Below, one piece after another: positions 1 through 11,429 of a DNA stretch of 64,000 nt. A model generated the notes under the pieces. It was not told the origin of the DNA, did not search any database, and was given only the letters and a program-made list of their open reading frames with translations. The position numbers and the translations under genes were made by a program. Positions within the stretch are counted from its first letter, which is position 1. Each line of letters begins with the position of its first letter. The stretch covers positions 248,001 through 312,000 of the forward strand of contig NIVC01001237.1 of the NCBI GenBank assembly GCA_002269645.1, given 5' to 3'. The DNA is from Macrostomum lignano. Its lineage: Eukaryota.

Positions 1-13
1 TTTCAAGACGCAC

Positions 14-633
14 CATAAAAAGTCCGAAACAAACGATTGATGGCTGGTGGATCCGCAGTGATCAGGTCAATCCTTACAGATGGATTACGTTTCATAAAGT
101 CGAACAGTTTCCTATCGTAAAATTCGGGAGGGTACAGAGAACGTCGTCTGGTGCCGACACTTGCAACACTTTCTTCTAGTTCGTGGATTGATCTCCTCTT
201 TATGTATAGAAAACTTCTATGGCCTAGAGATATCCTGTTTTCTGCAGTAAATAAAAAGCGTGCAGTAAATGATTGTCTATGGCTGATACATTCGCGATTT
301 TACAATGCGTCTTACATCCAGTTTTATCGTGTGTGAATGTCAATCCTACAATCAAGTTTTTCATTGAACTATCGCTGTGCGTTAGATAAACAATGACATT
401 GCATAGTAGCTAGGTAATGGAGTAAAATAATGGCCATTATTTTACTCCGTTACCTACTAGACAAGCCATCATTGTTTTTAGGAGGGCTGAGGGCACACAA
501 CGCCTTCGGCGAAATTGAGGCAATTCTGCCCATCCGCTGATTCCTGAGCGGCTGAACACTGACAAATCGGCTGAAAATATTTCCTGAGATCTTTAAACTA
601 GAGGTCAGTGCGTCTGCACTCTCTAATGCCACT
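14..633 (-). CDS. Probable two exons of an unidentified gene running off the left edge
   Basis: Exon A 633..458 (acceptor ccctacag|, donor |gtaggt) and exon B 241..14 (acceptor tttactgcag|, donor |gtgcgt; 228 nt, phase 1-1) are both stop-free and join in frame: ...MGRIASISPKALCALSPPKNNDGLS-KNRISLGHRSFLYIKRRSIHELEESV...RLFRTFY. No homology recognised. Confidence 0.4.
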
Positions 634-772
634 CTGTAGGGTTTTTTATTAAAAGGTGAAAAAATTCAGCGTTCTGAATTGCCGCAACGAATGCGGCGCA
701 CAGACTGGTTGCATGTGAAAACTGTTTGCTGGAACTCGTTCCCTCAAGCAAGTCAATGGCAGCATTCCATAG

Positions 773-2272
773 TCATTTCTTCTTTCCACCGCTGGCCTTC
801 TGAGCAGCCTTGGTCGCCTTGCCCTCGGTGATCTTCTTGTTGACCTCCTTGATGACGCCCACGGCCACGGTCTGCTTCATGTCGCGCACGGCGAAGCGAC
901 CCAGAGGCGGGTACTGGGCGAAGGGCTCCACGCACATGGCCTTGGAGGGGATCAGTTTGATCATGGCGGCGTCGCCGCTCTTCAGGATCTTCGGAGAGTC
1001 CTCGAGCTCCTTGCCGCTGCGCCTGTCGATCTTCTTGAGGAACTCGCTGAACTTGCAGGCGATGTGAGCGGTGTGGCAGTCGAGCACGGGAGCGTAGCCG
1101 GGCTGGATCTGACCGGGGTGGTTCAGCACGATGACCTGCGGAAGGTATACAAGTACAGGTTATGTAAATGAACATGAAATTTTACTGGTTACTTAATGTC
1201 CTTCTTAGCAACGGTGTGCCTTTACCTGGGCAACGAAGTCTCCAGTCTCCTTAGGCGGGTCGTTCTTGGAGTCGCCGCACACGTTGCCACGACGGATGTC
1301 CTTCACAGACACGTTCTTCACATTGAAGCCTACATTGTCGCCAGGAACGGCTTCCGACATTTGCACGTGGTGCATTTCAACGGACTTGACCTCAGTCGAG
1401 AGAATCTGTGGCGCGAAGGTAACGACCATGCCGGGCTTCAGGATGCCAGTCTCGACGCGACCGACCGGAACGGTGCCGATACCGCCGATCTTGTACACGT
1501 CCTGTAGAGGCAGACGTAGCGGCTTGTCGGTGGGTCGCTCTGGCGGAATGATCGCGTCCAGAGCTTCGATCAGGGTCTTGCCCTCGGTGGTGGTCTCCTC
1601 CTTCTTGCCGGGCAGCTTGCGCTTGATGCTCCATCCTTTGAACCAGGACATGTTGTTGCTCTCCTCGATCATGTTGTCTCCGTGCCAGCCAGAGATGGGC
1701 ACAAAAGCGACTGCATCCGGGTTGTAGCCGACCTTCTTGATGTAGGCGGACACTTCCTTCTTGATTTCGTTGTAGCGGGCCTCGGAGTACGGCGGCTCGG
1801 TCGAGTCCATCTTGTTCACGCCGATGATCATCTGCTTTACACCGAGGGTGTAAGCCAGCAGAGCGTGCTCGCGGGTCTGACCGTTCTTCGAGATACCGGC
1901 CTCGAACTCGCCAACACCAGCAGCAATGATCAGCACGGCGCAGTCGGCCTGAGAGGTACCGGTGATCATGTTCTTGATAAAGTCCCTGTGGCCAGGGGCG
2001 TCGATGACAGTGACGTAGTACTTCTCAGTCTCGAACTTCCACAGAGCAATGTCAATGGTGATACCGCGCTCACGCTCGGCCTTCAGCTTGTCGAGCACCC
2101 ATGCGTACTTGAACGAGCCTTTGCCAAGCTCCTGTGCCTCCTTCTCGTACTTCTCGATAGTTCTCTTGTCAATGCCACCGCACTTGTAGATCAGATGGCC
2201 AGTGGAAGTAGACTTTCCAGAGTCGACATGGCCAATGACCACAATGCTAATGTGAACCTTATCCGACGGCAT
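773..2272 (-). CDS. EEF1A: Elongation factor 1-alpha, copy A (exons 2272..1226 and 1135..773; 90-bp intron)
   Basis: [21 protein letters not shown] and VEMHH motifs; C-terminus [18 protein letters not shown]...GKKK. GT-AG intron 1225..1136 in phase 0; exon lengths 1047 and 363 nt keep frame. AATAAA at 645-650. Confidence 0.98.
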
Positions 2273-2675
2273 CTGCGGCTTTCAGATCTTTGTGTAGCAA
2301 TTAAAGCTATATCGTCAGGAAATCATAATCGAATGTTTGATTTAATGGCTTTTATTGCTGACGACAGCGTACAATATTTATAACCCATCAGTTGCCTTGC
2401 AATCGATTTCATCACTTTATACCAAATTGACGAAATCTATGTCTGAAAAATACCTATAGATTTTTTTTAAACTTTAATCAAATATTACTAGCAGGAATTT
2501 TTTTAGATTCTTAGTAAAGTATATAAAAAATAAAATATTTCGTTTAAATTTGTTATTCTAGTAAGTGGTTCAATAACTATGACGTGCGATATTTGAAATG
2601 CGATGTCGCAAATATAGCGCGGGCCCGTTTACTCACTGTTTTCATCTGATTTATAGTAGCTGCTTTATAAAAGAA
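2273..2675 (-). promoter_or_regulatory. Putative promoter and 5'UTR intron of EF1A copy A
   Basis: ATG is directly preceded by acceptor ccgcag|. Donor aaaca|gtgagt at 2636; TATAAA about 2665-2670, just upstream of a short leader exon. Confidence 0.5.
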
Positions 2676-3704
2676 CTTTTGGCGAATTTGTTGTTGTCAG
2701 CTGAAATCAGCAATATAAAAAGCAGGTCCATTTTTTTCATTCAAATTAATTTGTGTTAAAGAAAGGAGATTGCGAGCATTTTCATTTTAATTTGTGTTAG
2801 TATCACAGAAAATGTTCACAAGTCTAAAGCTTCCAAACCTCTTACGAGCGTAAATTAAACGTTGCTCTTTAGACAAAGTCCGAATTATAATTAATTAGCT
2901 AATCCTTAAAACCTTATATTTGGTGCAGTTTCACGTTATTAAATCCCTTATTTTTTCATGAAAGTTGAAAACAGTGATTTTAGCTTTATTCTTTACTTCA
3001 CAATCATCTATATTGGGCAGAAAAGAATGCTAGAGATTTTTATTATAACAATTATTATTAATTTAGCTTTTAAAGGCGTTTATTAAATGACATATAACTT
3101 TTGCTAAATTAAACTTCTAAGCATGAAGTAATACAAACTTGTTTTAACTTTTTAACAATTGTTTCAATAATTTGGTTGAGTGAATTTTAAATTATACACG
3201 TAAAAAACTTTGCAGTGGAGTTTAAGGCGGCGCAAAACTTTATATTTTTTATTAAAATGAAGACGTAATATTCGTTTTTTTGTTTTAGAAATTCGTGAAT
3301 TCGGAACGGAGTATATTTGCTAATGTGTTTCCATAATATATAAACAGCAATGAAACCTGGCTTTTGTCAAATCTTGGAAGTTTAAAAAAATTATGTAGCA
3401 TTATGTAAGGTTTCTAGATTACAGCAATGACAAGGACTTGTATCAACTTTAATAAGTCACTGTGGCATATAGTCTTACAGTTTCTTGTGTCTATTTTTGT
3501 GACAAAGTGAAATATTGAATTCCGATAAACGAAAATAAAATTTTTCATGCTTTTAGTGAAAAAAAAACATTTTGAGCGACTGGCGATTAAAAAATGAATA
3601 AGCTTCGGTATGCGATTTTATTGATATGCGATCAATCTTGTCTTTATATGCCATCGAGAGTGTTGATGAGAAAATAGCAATCAATTTCCCTTGTTGATTG
3701 ATGC

Positions 3705-6700
3705 TTAATTCCCGTTTGAGTCCCATGACGTGGACTTAACGCACGATTCCAGTCTGCTGGAGCACGAGCTCAAGATTTTAGAGCAGGACTCGAGACTACT
3801 AACGCACGAGTTGAGCAGCCGGTGCAAAATGTTAGGTTTAAACGGAGGAGTCGAAGGGCAGGCTGTGGCTTCCGGTGTGCGAGTTGTAGCTTCCGGTGTG
3901 CGAGTTGTAGCTTCCGGTGTGCGAGTTGTAGCTTCCGGTGTGCGAGTTGTAGCTTCCGGCGTTCGAGTTGTGTCTAATGATGAAATTCATATAAGTCACT
4001 AATAGATACATTTGTACTTTAGTGAAATGCTTGATTTTCGGCCTGACATCTCTCGACACTCAGTGAGCGCCTGACAACCCCAGACACCTCAGTGAGCGCC
4101 TGACAACCCCAGACACCTCAGTGAGCGCCTGACAACCACACAGACACCTTCCTTAAGTGAGCGCCTGATAACCACAGACACCTCAGTGAGCGCCTGACAA
4201 CCCCAGACACCTTCCTTAAGTGAGCGCCTGACAACCCCAAGACTCACCGTCCATCCTGCTATGGAAGCGAATCAAAAAGCCAGCAGACTTGTACTTGCTG
4301 TAAGACCTGTACCGCACAACAATGTTAACCGGGCCCACCAGGGTCAAATTCTTGACGGCTACCCAACCGCACAGGTGAATGGGTTCCCCAGAGACGATTC
4401 CGGATGAGGTCACGTGCAAGCAGTCGCCCTCGCAAGGGAGGCGCTGACCAGGGTTACGTAAACCAGACCCCTGCTGTAACTTAGTCCGGGCAGATACGTC
4501 AGGCAGCTCAAATTTCCCGGATGCGGTGTGAACCCGTCGTATCCTTCGTGGCTGGCCAGCTCGCCCGATGAGTTTGAGGCGTCCGACCACACCACAGATC
4601 CGCACCTGTTGATGGTCACTAAAAAATCAACACAAAGTCTGTAAGTGCCAAGCCTACATGCTTTTCTGACGGGCACTGCATTTAATGATCATGCATTGAA
4701 TCCTGACTCCTCAATCTCTGTGCTTCTCAAATCTCACCTCTCTCTCTTCCCGATCTCTCACCTCTCTCTCCTCCCGATCTCTCACATCTCACCTCTCTCT
4801 CCTCCCCATCTCTCACCTCTCTCTCCTCCCCATCTCTCACCTCTCCCTCCTCCCGATCTCTCACATCTCACCTCTCTCTCCTCCCATCTCTCACCTCTCT
4901 CTCCTCCCCATCTCTCACCTCTCTCTCCTCCCGATCTCTCACATCTCACCTCTCTCTCTTCCCGATCATTCACATCTCAACTCTCTCTCCTCCCGATCTC
5001 TCACATCTCACGTCTCTCTCCTCCCCATCTCTCACGTCTCTCTCCTCCCGATCTCTCACATCTCACCTCTCTCTCTTCCCGATCTTTCACATCTCAACTC
5101 TCTCTCCTCCCGATCTCTCACATCTCACCTCTCTCTCCTCCCCATCTCTCACCTCTCTCTCCTCTCGATCTCTCACCTCTCTCTCCTCCCGATCTCTCAC
5201 ATCTCACGTCTCTCTCCTCCCCATCTCTCACGTCTCTCTCCTCCCGATCTCTCACATCTCACCTCTCTCTCTTCCCGATCTTTCACATCTCAACTCTCTC
5301 TCCTCCCGATCTCTCACATCTCACCTCTCTCTCCTCCCCATCTCTCACCTCTCTCTCCTCTCGATCTCTCACCTCTCTCTCCTCCCGATCTCTCACATCT
5401 CACCTCTTTCTCCTCCCGATCTCTCACATCTCACGTCTCTCTCCTCCCGATCTCTCACATCTCACCTCTTCCTCCTCCCGATCACTCACATCTCACCTCT
5501 TTCTCCTCCCGATCACTCACATCTCACCTCTCTCTCCTCCCGATCTCTCACATCTCACCTCTTTCTCCTCCCGATCTCTCACATCTCACCTCTCTCACCT
5601 CCCGATCTCTCACATCTCACCTCTCTCTCCTCCCGATCTCTCACATCTCACCTCTCTCCTCCCGATGTCTCACATCTCACCTCTCTCACGTCCCGATCTC
5701 TCACATCTCACGTCTCTCTCCTCCCGATCTCTCACATCTCACCTCTTTCTCCTCCCGATCACTCACATCTCACCTCTTTCTCCTCCCGATCTCTCACATC
5801 TCATCTCTTTCTCCTCCCGATCTCTCATATCTCACCTCTTTATCCTCCCGATCTCTCACATCTCACCTCCCGATCTCTCATACCTCACTTCCCCATCTCT
5901 CATTTGTCACCTCTCTCTCTCCTCCCGATCTCTCACATCTCACCTCTCTCACCTCCCGACCTCTCACACCTCACTTCCCCATCTCTCATTTGTCACCTCT
6001 CTCTCTCCTCCCGATCTCTCACATCTCTCATAGTTCTAACTCATTTACCTACGCACAATGCATAAATGCTGACTTGACCAAAGTGCACTCACGCAGTCTC
6101 CTGGTCTTCCACTGCAGCCGGAACCCGGTGCGCGTTACTGCAGCATCGGTTTCAAAGAATGCCACCATTCGAGGGTAAGTTGTGGCAAATACCGGCGAGA
6201 TCCAACCAGCGTGGCCTTCCAGACTAATGTTGACTATCAAATGCTCCTTGTTCACATGCCAGCCATCGTACATTCGAATAAAATCGCCGGAATTGTTTTG
6301 CAGATTTATGTGCGGAAACCAGGCAACAACACTTTCGTTGATATTTGCATTCAGCTCCCAAAAGCATCGCATATGGTTCAAGTAATTGGTTAAGCCGGCT
6401 TCTCTGTGGCTGGAAATTTCTCCGATGTCCCTGCTAGCCTCCTTAATGACATAGCCGAAACAGTACTTGACTAAAAGTTGAGTTAAACAGTCAGGTTGCT
6501 GGTAACTGGCTGGACAACTTGATTGCGTGCACTGAGCTTTGCAAAATTTGGCCTTCCGGCTAAACTTATAAGCTCCTCCTATTCTAGGAAACAATCTCGT
6601 TTTTGACCCGCTGCTTTCCTAGAATTTTGACCCTTTGCTATAGTATAGAGACATGGTTTTCTAGGAATACCTTTCGAAAAAATTGTCATGTCGTAGGATA

Positions 6701-9700
6701 AACATACCCACACCGTAAGAAACGAACATTGTAGTATAACAGGTCGTAAAACTCAAAATTCGTGTAATTTTTGGAGGCCGATTTCCTGGAAAAGTAGCTC
6801 GTACACTTCGCAGATAGGAAAAAGATATATCTTATATTTACTTTATTTTTTTATCATTAATATCGAAAAATTAATATTAAAGAATTAAAAAATTAAAATT
6901 ATCGAAAGCTAGTGTATTTTTTGCAGGAAATCGGCCTCCAAAAACTACACGATTTTCGAGTTTTACGTCCTGTTATACTAAAGGACATACAAGACAATGG
7001 TCCCTGACCATTAGATCCCAACACCTTTTAGAATACCATTAGTGACCTTGCAAGGGCCTATACGAGTACACCGTATGCTTAGCCAATCAAAAAGTAGTTG
7101 ACGTCTTTAAAGGCAGAAATTTCAACTCCAAAGCAACTTACTTTCCTGAGTAGTGTCGTACTTCACGCTGAACCTTCTGTCGGTGCTTCTGTCGCCTCGA
7201 TCGAAGGTGACTCTCACAAAATTTGAGCGCGATTCGAACGTTTCTAAGAACTTTTTGCAATTTGTATCATTAATTCGAGCTATCGTTTTAGTAATACGCT
7301 CGTCATAAACCTTGATGGAATCTCCTGGACGAAGTCCACAATATGTCAGCTGGAGTTGGACGCCATTCCCAGCTGCGGCCTCGATGAACCAGATGGACCG
7401 CGTTGCGTTCGAGCCGTTGAATTCGCCAACTTTATGAGAGCTGATTATATGCGACCTGTAATAAACTGTATTAACGGTTTTGTGTGCTTGATGATCACAT
7501 TAGAGTTAGAGTGAAAGTGGGGGTAGAGTGACAGGTTGAGAGTGTAGACAGTGAGGGTAGAGTGACAGGTTGAGAGTGTAGACAGTGAGGGTAGAGTGAC
7601 AGGTTGAGAGTGTAGACAGTGAGGGTAGAGTGACAGGTTGAGAGTGTAGACAGTGAGGGTAGAGTGACAGGTTGAGAGTTTCGACAGTGAGGGTAGAGTG
7701 ACAGGTTGAGAGTTTAGACAGTGAGGGTAGAGTGACAGGTTGAGAGTGTAGACAGTGAGGGTAGAGTGACAGGTTGAGAGTGCAGACAGTGAGGGTAATG
7801 GGAAGATCTCCAGGCTACAAACCAATTTTGAGCCGAAATCCCGTTGATCGATGTCTTCCGGTCGATTTAAACAATATCAAAATCTTGGATCTTGGCTGCA
7901 GCTCAGCATTGCTCACAGCTGCCCAGGTCTTCTTTTGATAATACAAATTGGTTCGATATTTAGAAGGTATGGCGCCCATTATGTAAAGAGAGTCCTGAGA
8001 AAGAGACAAATTCAGCACTGTCACGACGGCTACAGTTGAACCAGCAGATGGCAGGTCCCATCTGCACGACATGCTCCGAGCGTAGGGCACTAATCCGTTG
8101 TATTCCCTGTGGCTAACGAGCTCTCCAGAATTTTCAGTATCGTTAGAGAACCAGCTGATGGAGCCGCAGGCGCTGTCATTGGCTGAGGAGAGGGATTGAG
8201 TACGATACTATATTGGGAACTATAGAACGGCGCCATCCTGAGAACTATGGAATGGCGCCACTCTTCAATTTATGGAATGGCGCCACCCTGACAACTATAA
8301 AATGGCGCCACCCTGACAACTATAGAATGGCGCCACTCATGCCAATTTATGAAATGGCACTACCCTGAAAACTATAGAATGGCGCCACTCATGACAACCC
8401 AGTTCTCAGGGTGGAATGGCGCCACCTGTGGAATGGCAACCCTGACAACTATGGAATGGCGCCACCCTGAGAACTATGGAATGGCGCCACTCTTCAATTT
8501 ATGGAATGGCGCCACCCTGACAACTATAAAATGGCGCCACCCTGACAACTATAGAATGGCGCCACTCATGCCAATTTATGAAATGGCACTACCCTGAAAA
8601 CTATAGAATGGCGCCACTCATGACAACCCAGTTCTCAGGGTGGAATGGCGCCACCTGTGGAATGGCAACCCTGACAACTATGGAATGGCGCCACCCTGAG
8701 AACTATGGAATGGTGCTTCCCTGACACTACCCCAACAACTATAGAATGGCGCCACCCTGACAACTATAGAATGGCGCCACTCATGGCAATTTATGGAATG
8801 GCGCCACTCTGACAACTATAGAATGGCGCCACTCATGGCAATTTATGGAATGGCGCCACCCTGGCAAAAATAGAATGGCGCTACCCTGACAACTATAAAA
8901 TGGCGCCACCCTGACAACTATAAAATGGCGCCACCCTGACAACTATGGAATGGCGCCACTCATGGCAATTTATAGAATGGCGACACCCTGACAACTATAG
9001 AATGGCGCCATACTGACAAGTATGGAATGGCGCCACCCTGACAAGTATGGAATGGCGCCACCCTGACAAGTATGGAATGGCGCCACCCTGACAAGTATGG
9101 AATGGCGCCACCCTGACAACTATAGAATGGCGCCACCCTGACAAGTATGGAATGGCGCCACCCTGACAAGTATGGAATGGCGCCACCCTGACTCACGCGA
9201 GTGGCTGAGCTCAAAGTGCAGTCTGAATCCTTTCCGTTCTGTGCTTCCGTTTCCCGACTGGAACTTCACAGTCATCAGGTTCGAGCTGGAAACGAATCTC
9301 GGAGAGATGGGAGGCTCCGGCCAAGATCTTGGCGGCCAAATGAAGCCGGTATGCTGAAGTTTATTGACCACCTTCAGCAATTTGAAAGGCTTCGGGGACC
9401 CGTCAAACAGAGAGACGCTGTCGTTTTGTTCGCTAGATTCTTCCAGGTCAAGAGAGGTGAACCAGGCCACTATGATTTTGCCGGCTGGGGCCCGAATGAA
9501 CCAGGAGCAGTGAGCGCCACTGGCGTGACTGACGATGTCCCCTCCGGCCTCAGTTGCTGACACATTCTGCAGTCCGCTGCAGTCTGTGGGACATTGTAGC
9601 AATCGAATGTAACCTCGAAACATATCTTGACCCCGATTTGACCCCCCCCAGTTGACCCAGGGACTTTCTGATCCACTAAGTTGACCCTCAAGGACCTGTT

Positions 9701-10677
9701 TCCAATTGACCTCCAGTTTACCCTCAAGGACCTGTTTCCAATTGACCTCCAGTTTACCCTCAAGGACCTGTTTCCAATTGACCTCCAGACTCAAAGACCT
9801 GTTTCCGATTGACCTCCAGTTGACCCTCAAAGACCAAAGTTTAGCTCCCAAAACGCTTTGACCCCCAGAGACCAATAGAGAAGTTCTCAAAGTGAAACTC
9901 TGAAAACACACCTAACTAGTAACTGTACATGCACTGCCTACTCAACCCCATGGCGGGTATGACTCACAGCTTTCATGACTGCCACAGCGGTGAAACGCGC
10001 AGCTTAGCAACAGCAGAACAGTGACGACACGGATAGCTGGAAATCAGCAAGTAAAGATTTTCGAATGCAGCTTTACCTGAAGAAGGCTTGATAGTACATG
10101 TATATTACAATATACCGCTTGAGTCTGTCCAGTCTCTGGAACTGATGCAGTCCAGTCTCTGGAACTGATGCAGTCCAGTCTCTGGAACTGATGCAGTCCA
10201 GTCTCTGGAACTGATGCAGTCCAGTCTCTGGAACTGATGCAGTCCAGTCTCTGGAACTGATGCAGTCCAGTCTCTGGAACTGATGCAGTCCAGTCTCTGG
10301 AACTGATGCAGTCCAGTCTCTGGAACTGATGCAGTCCAGTCTCTGGAACTGATGCAGTCCAGTCTCTGGAACTGATGCAGTCCAGTCTCTGGAACTGATG
10401 CAGTCCAGTCTCTGGAACTGATGCAGTCCAGTCTCTGGAACTGATGCAGTCCAGTCTCTGGAACTGATGCAGTCCAGTCTCTGGAACTGATGCAGTCCAG
10501 TCTCTGGAACTGATGCAGTCCAGTCTCTGGAACTGATGCAGTCCAGTCTCTGGAACTGATGCAGTCCAGTCTCTGGAACTGATGCAGTCCAGTCTCTGGA
10601 ACTGATGCAGTCCAGTCTAGTCTTTCCTACCGAGCTAGTGTAGACACGATCAGCACCTTACCCTTTGTCGCTGACAT
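3705..10677 (-). CDS. Secreted multi-CUB protein: signal peptide, five CUB domains, TTRTPEA x5 stalk, Cys-heptad tail (about 740 aa); one frameshift in exon 7
   Basis: Exons 10677..10662, 10036..9968, 9613..9197, 8182..7823, about 7486..7142, 6470..6093, 4618..4248, 3973..3705; all GT-AG and phase 1. N-terminus MSATKAIRVVTVLLLLSCAFHRCGS is signal-like. Five exons show the CUB pattern (mostly C..G.I.SH...C.W.I...D...YDG...F.S....GF). Exon 4618..4248 is 371 nt and changes frame near 4435. Confidence 0.8.
4064..4238. repeat. About 30-bp intronic minisatellite (cagacacctcagtgagcgcctgacaacccc, ~5-6 copies)
   Basis: Tandem copies start directly at the exon 7 donor of the CUB gene. Confidence 0.9.
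4720..6030. repeat. CT-rich degenerate tandem repeat (ctctctcctcccgatctctcacatctcac)
   Basis: 1.3-kb polypyrimidine array in CUB intron 6; it generates the spurious ORF 4645..6033. Confidence 0.92.
6734..6978. mobile_element. MITE, about 65-bp TIRs, TA-flanked (Tc1/mariner-like)
   Basis: ta|gtataacaggtcgtaaaactcaaaattcgtgtaatttttggaggccgatttcctg is inverted as caggaaatcggcctccaaaaactacacgattttcgagttttacgtcctgttatac|ta. Confidence 0.7.
7520..7797. repeat. 34-bp intronic minisatellite, ~8 copies
   Basis: Unit gtagagtgacaggttgagagtgtagacagtgagg. Confidence 0.92.
8215..9190. repeat. About 30-bp intronic minisatellite with higher-order block duplication
   Basis: Unit gccaccctgacaa(c/g)tat(a/g)gaatggc; a block of more than 200 bp is repeated within 8230-8710; the array abuts the exon 3 donor. 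Confidence 0.9.
9680..9830. repeat. 36-bp intronic repeat, ~4 copies
   Basis: Unit ccagtttaccctcaaggacctgtttccaattgacct. Confidence 0.85.
10128..10617. repeat. 23-bp perfect minisatellite, ~21 copies
   Basis: Unit gtccagtctctggaactgatgca in CUB intron 1. Confidence 0.95.
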
Positions 10678-11429
10678 GATTCTTGAAATCCGGAATCTAA
10701 ATTCTAAGAAAGCTTTTATCTGTATTTATTGCTGGGATTTTCAGTTTGTAGCTTGCCTTTAGGCGTTGGTGCAGAGTTCTATGCAACTGAAATATCACAC
10801 GCTTTATATATCATTTAGTCAAAAAACTGCATTTAGTCTTTGTAAATAACTTGTTTTTGAGAAGAGCACAGCCTCCGAGCAGAATTCGCCATTTTCGTTC
10901 TTAACACTGTTTTGAGAGTGCAGGCTGCAAAAAATTAAATTTAGTTATAAATATGTTATTTCCAGCTAGCCTCAAAAATATTTTTTAAATGAAAAAATAT
11001 TTATTGTGCTACAAACAATATGTAAAACTATAACAAATCTGCACAATGTACATACACTGCACATTGTGTTTGCACTGCACTACATGATGTCCATTGTCTC
11101 TGCTCAACATCGGTTTGTGCCAGGTGCCGCACTTGGGCCCCCATGGTCAGATAACAGTATAACTGTTAGGTGCACAGAGTTCGAAATAGCAAGTAGCACT
11201 CCTGACTTGACTCCAAGCACTCGAATTCAATGTCGAAATTGCAATTGATTCACTGAGTGCTGTAGATTTCGTGAAAAAATTTGAATCTCTTATCAAGAAC
11301 CACACATGAGCAGATGTTTTATGTACTTTACACTTCAGATTTTATGGGTGCAAATGACGACGGTAAAGAGTATAACATCGGGCACATGAACAACAACGAA
11401 AACAACAACAACCACAAAATACGTTGTCA

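Noticed and set aside
1682-2383. Plus-strand ORFs antisense to EF1A (also 17605..18255, 810..1067, 15341..15598)
   Set aside because: Shadow frames caused by strong C/G-ending codon bias of EF1A; no independent signals.
4645-6033. Long ORFs in repeats (4645..6033, 24141..24821, 29082..29746, 32040..32596, 40409..41832, 47254..48587)
   Set aside because: They arise from stop-free tandem or low-complexity units lying in introns or flanks of genes whose exon chains are complete without them.
7440-7490. Second frameshift in the CUB gene at exon 5
   Set aside because: Acceptors at 7456 and 7441 are out of phase, but catcaag| at 7487 gives a 345-nt in-phase exon, so no frameshift is required.
10037-10100. 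40-bp micro-intron with ATG at about 10098 as the CUB gene start
   Set aside because: The phase does not match the signal-peptide exon; the exon at 10677..10662 fits in frame.
10128-10617. Regular 20-41-bp repeat arrays (here and throughout) as CRISPR arrays
   Set aside because: Units are directly adjacent with no unique spacers, there are no cas genes, and the context is spliceosomal introns of a eukaryote.
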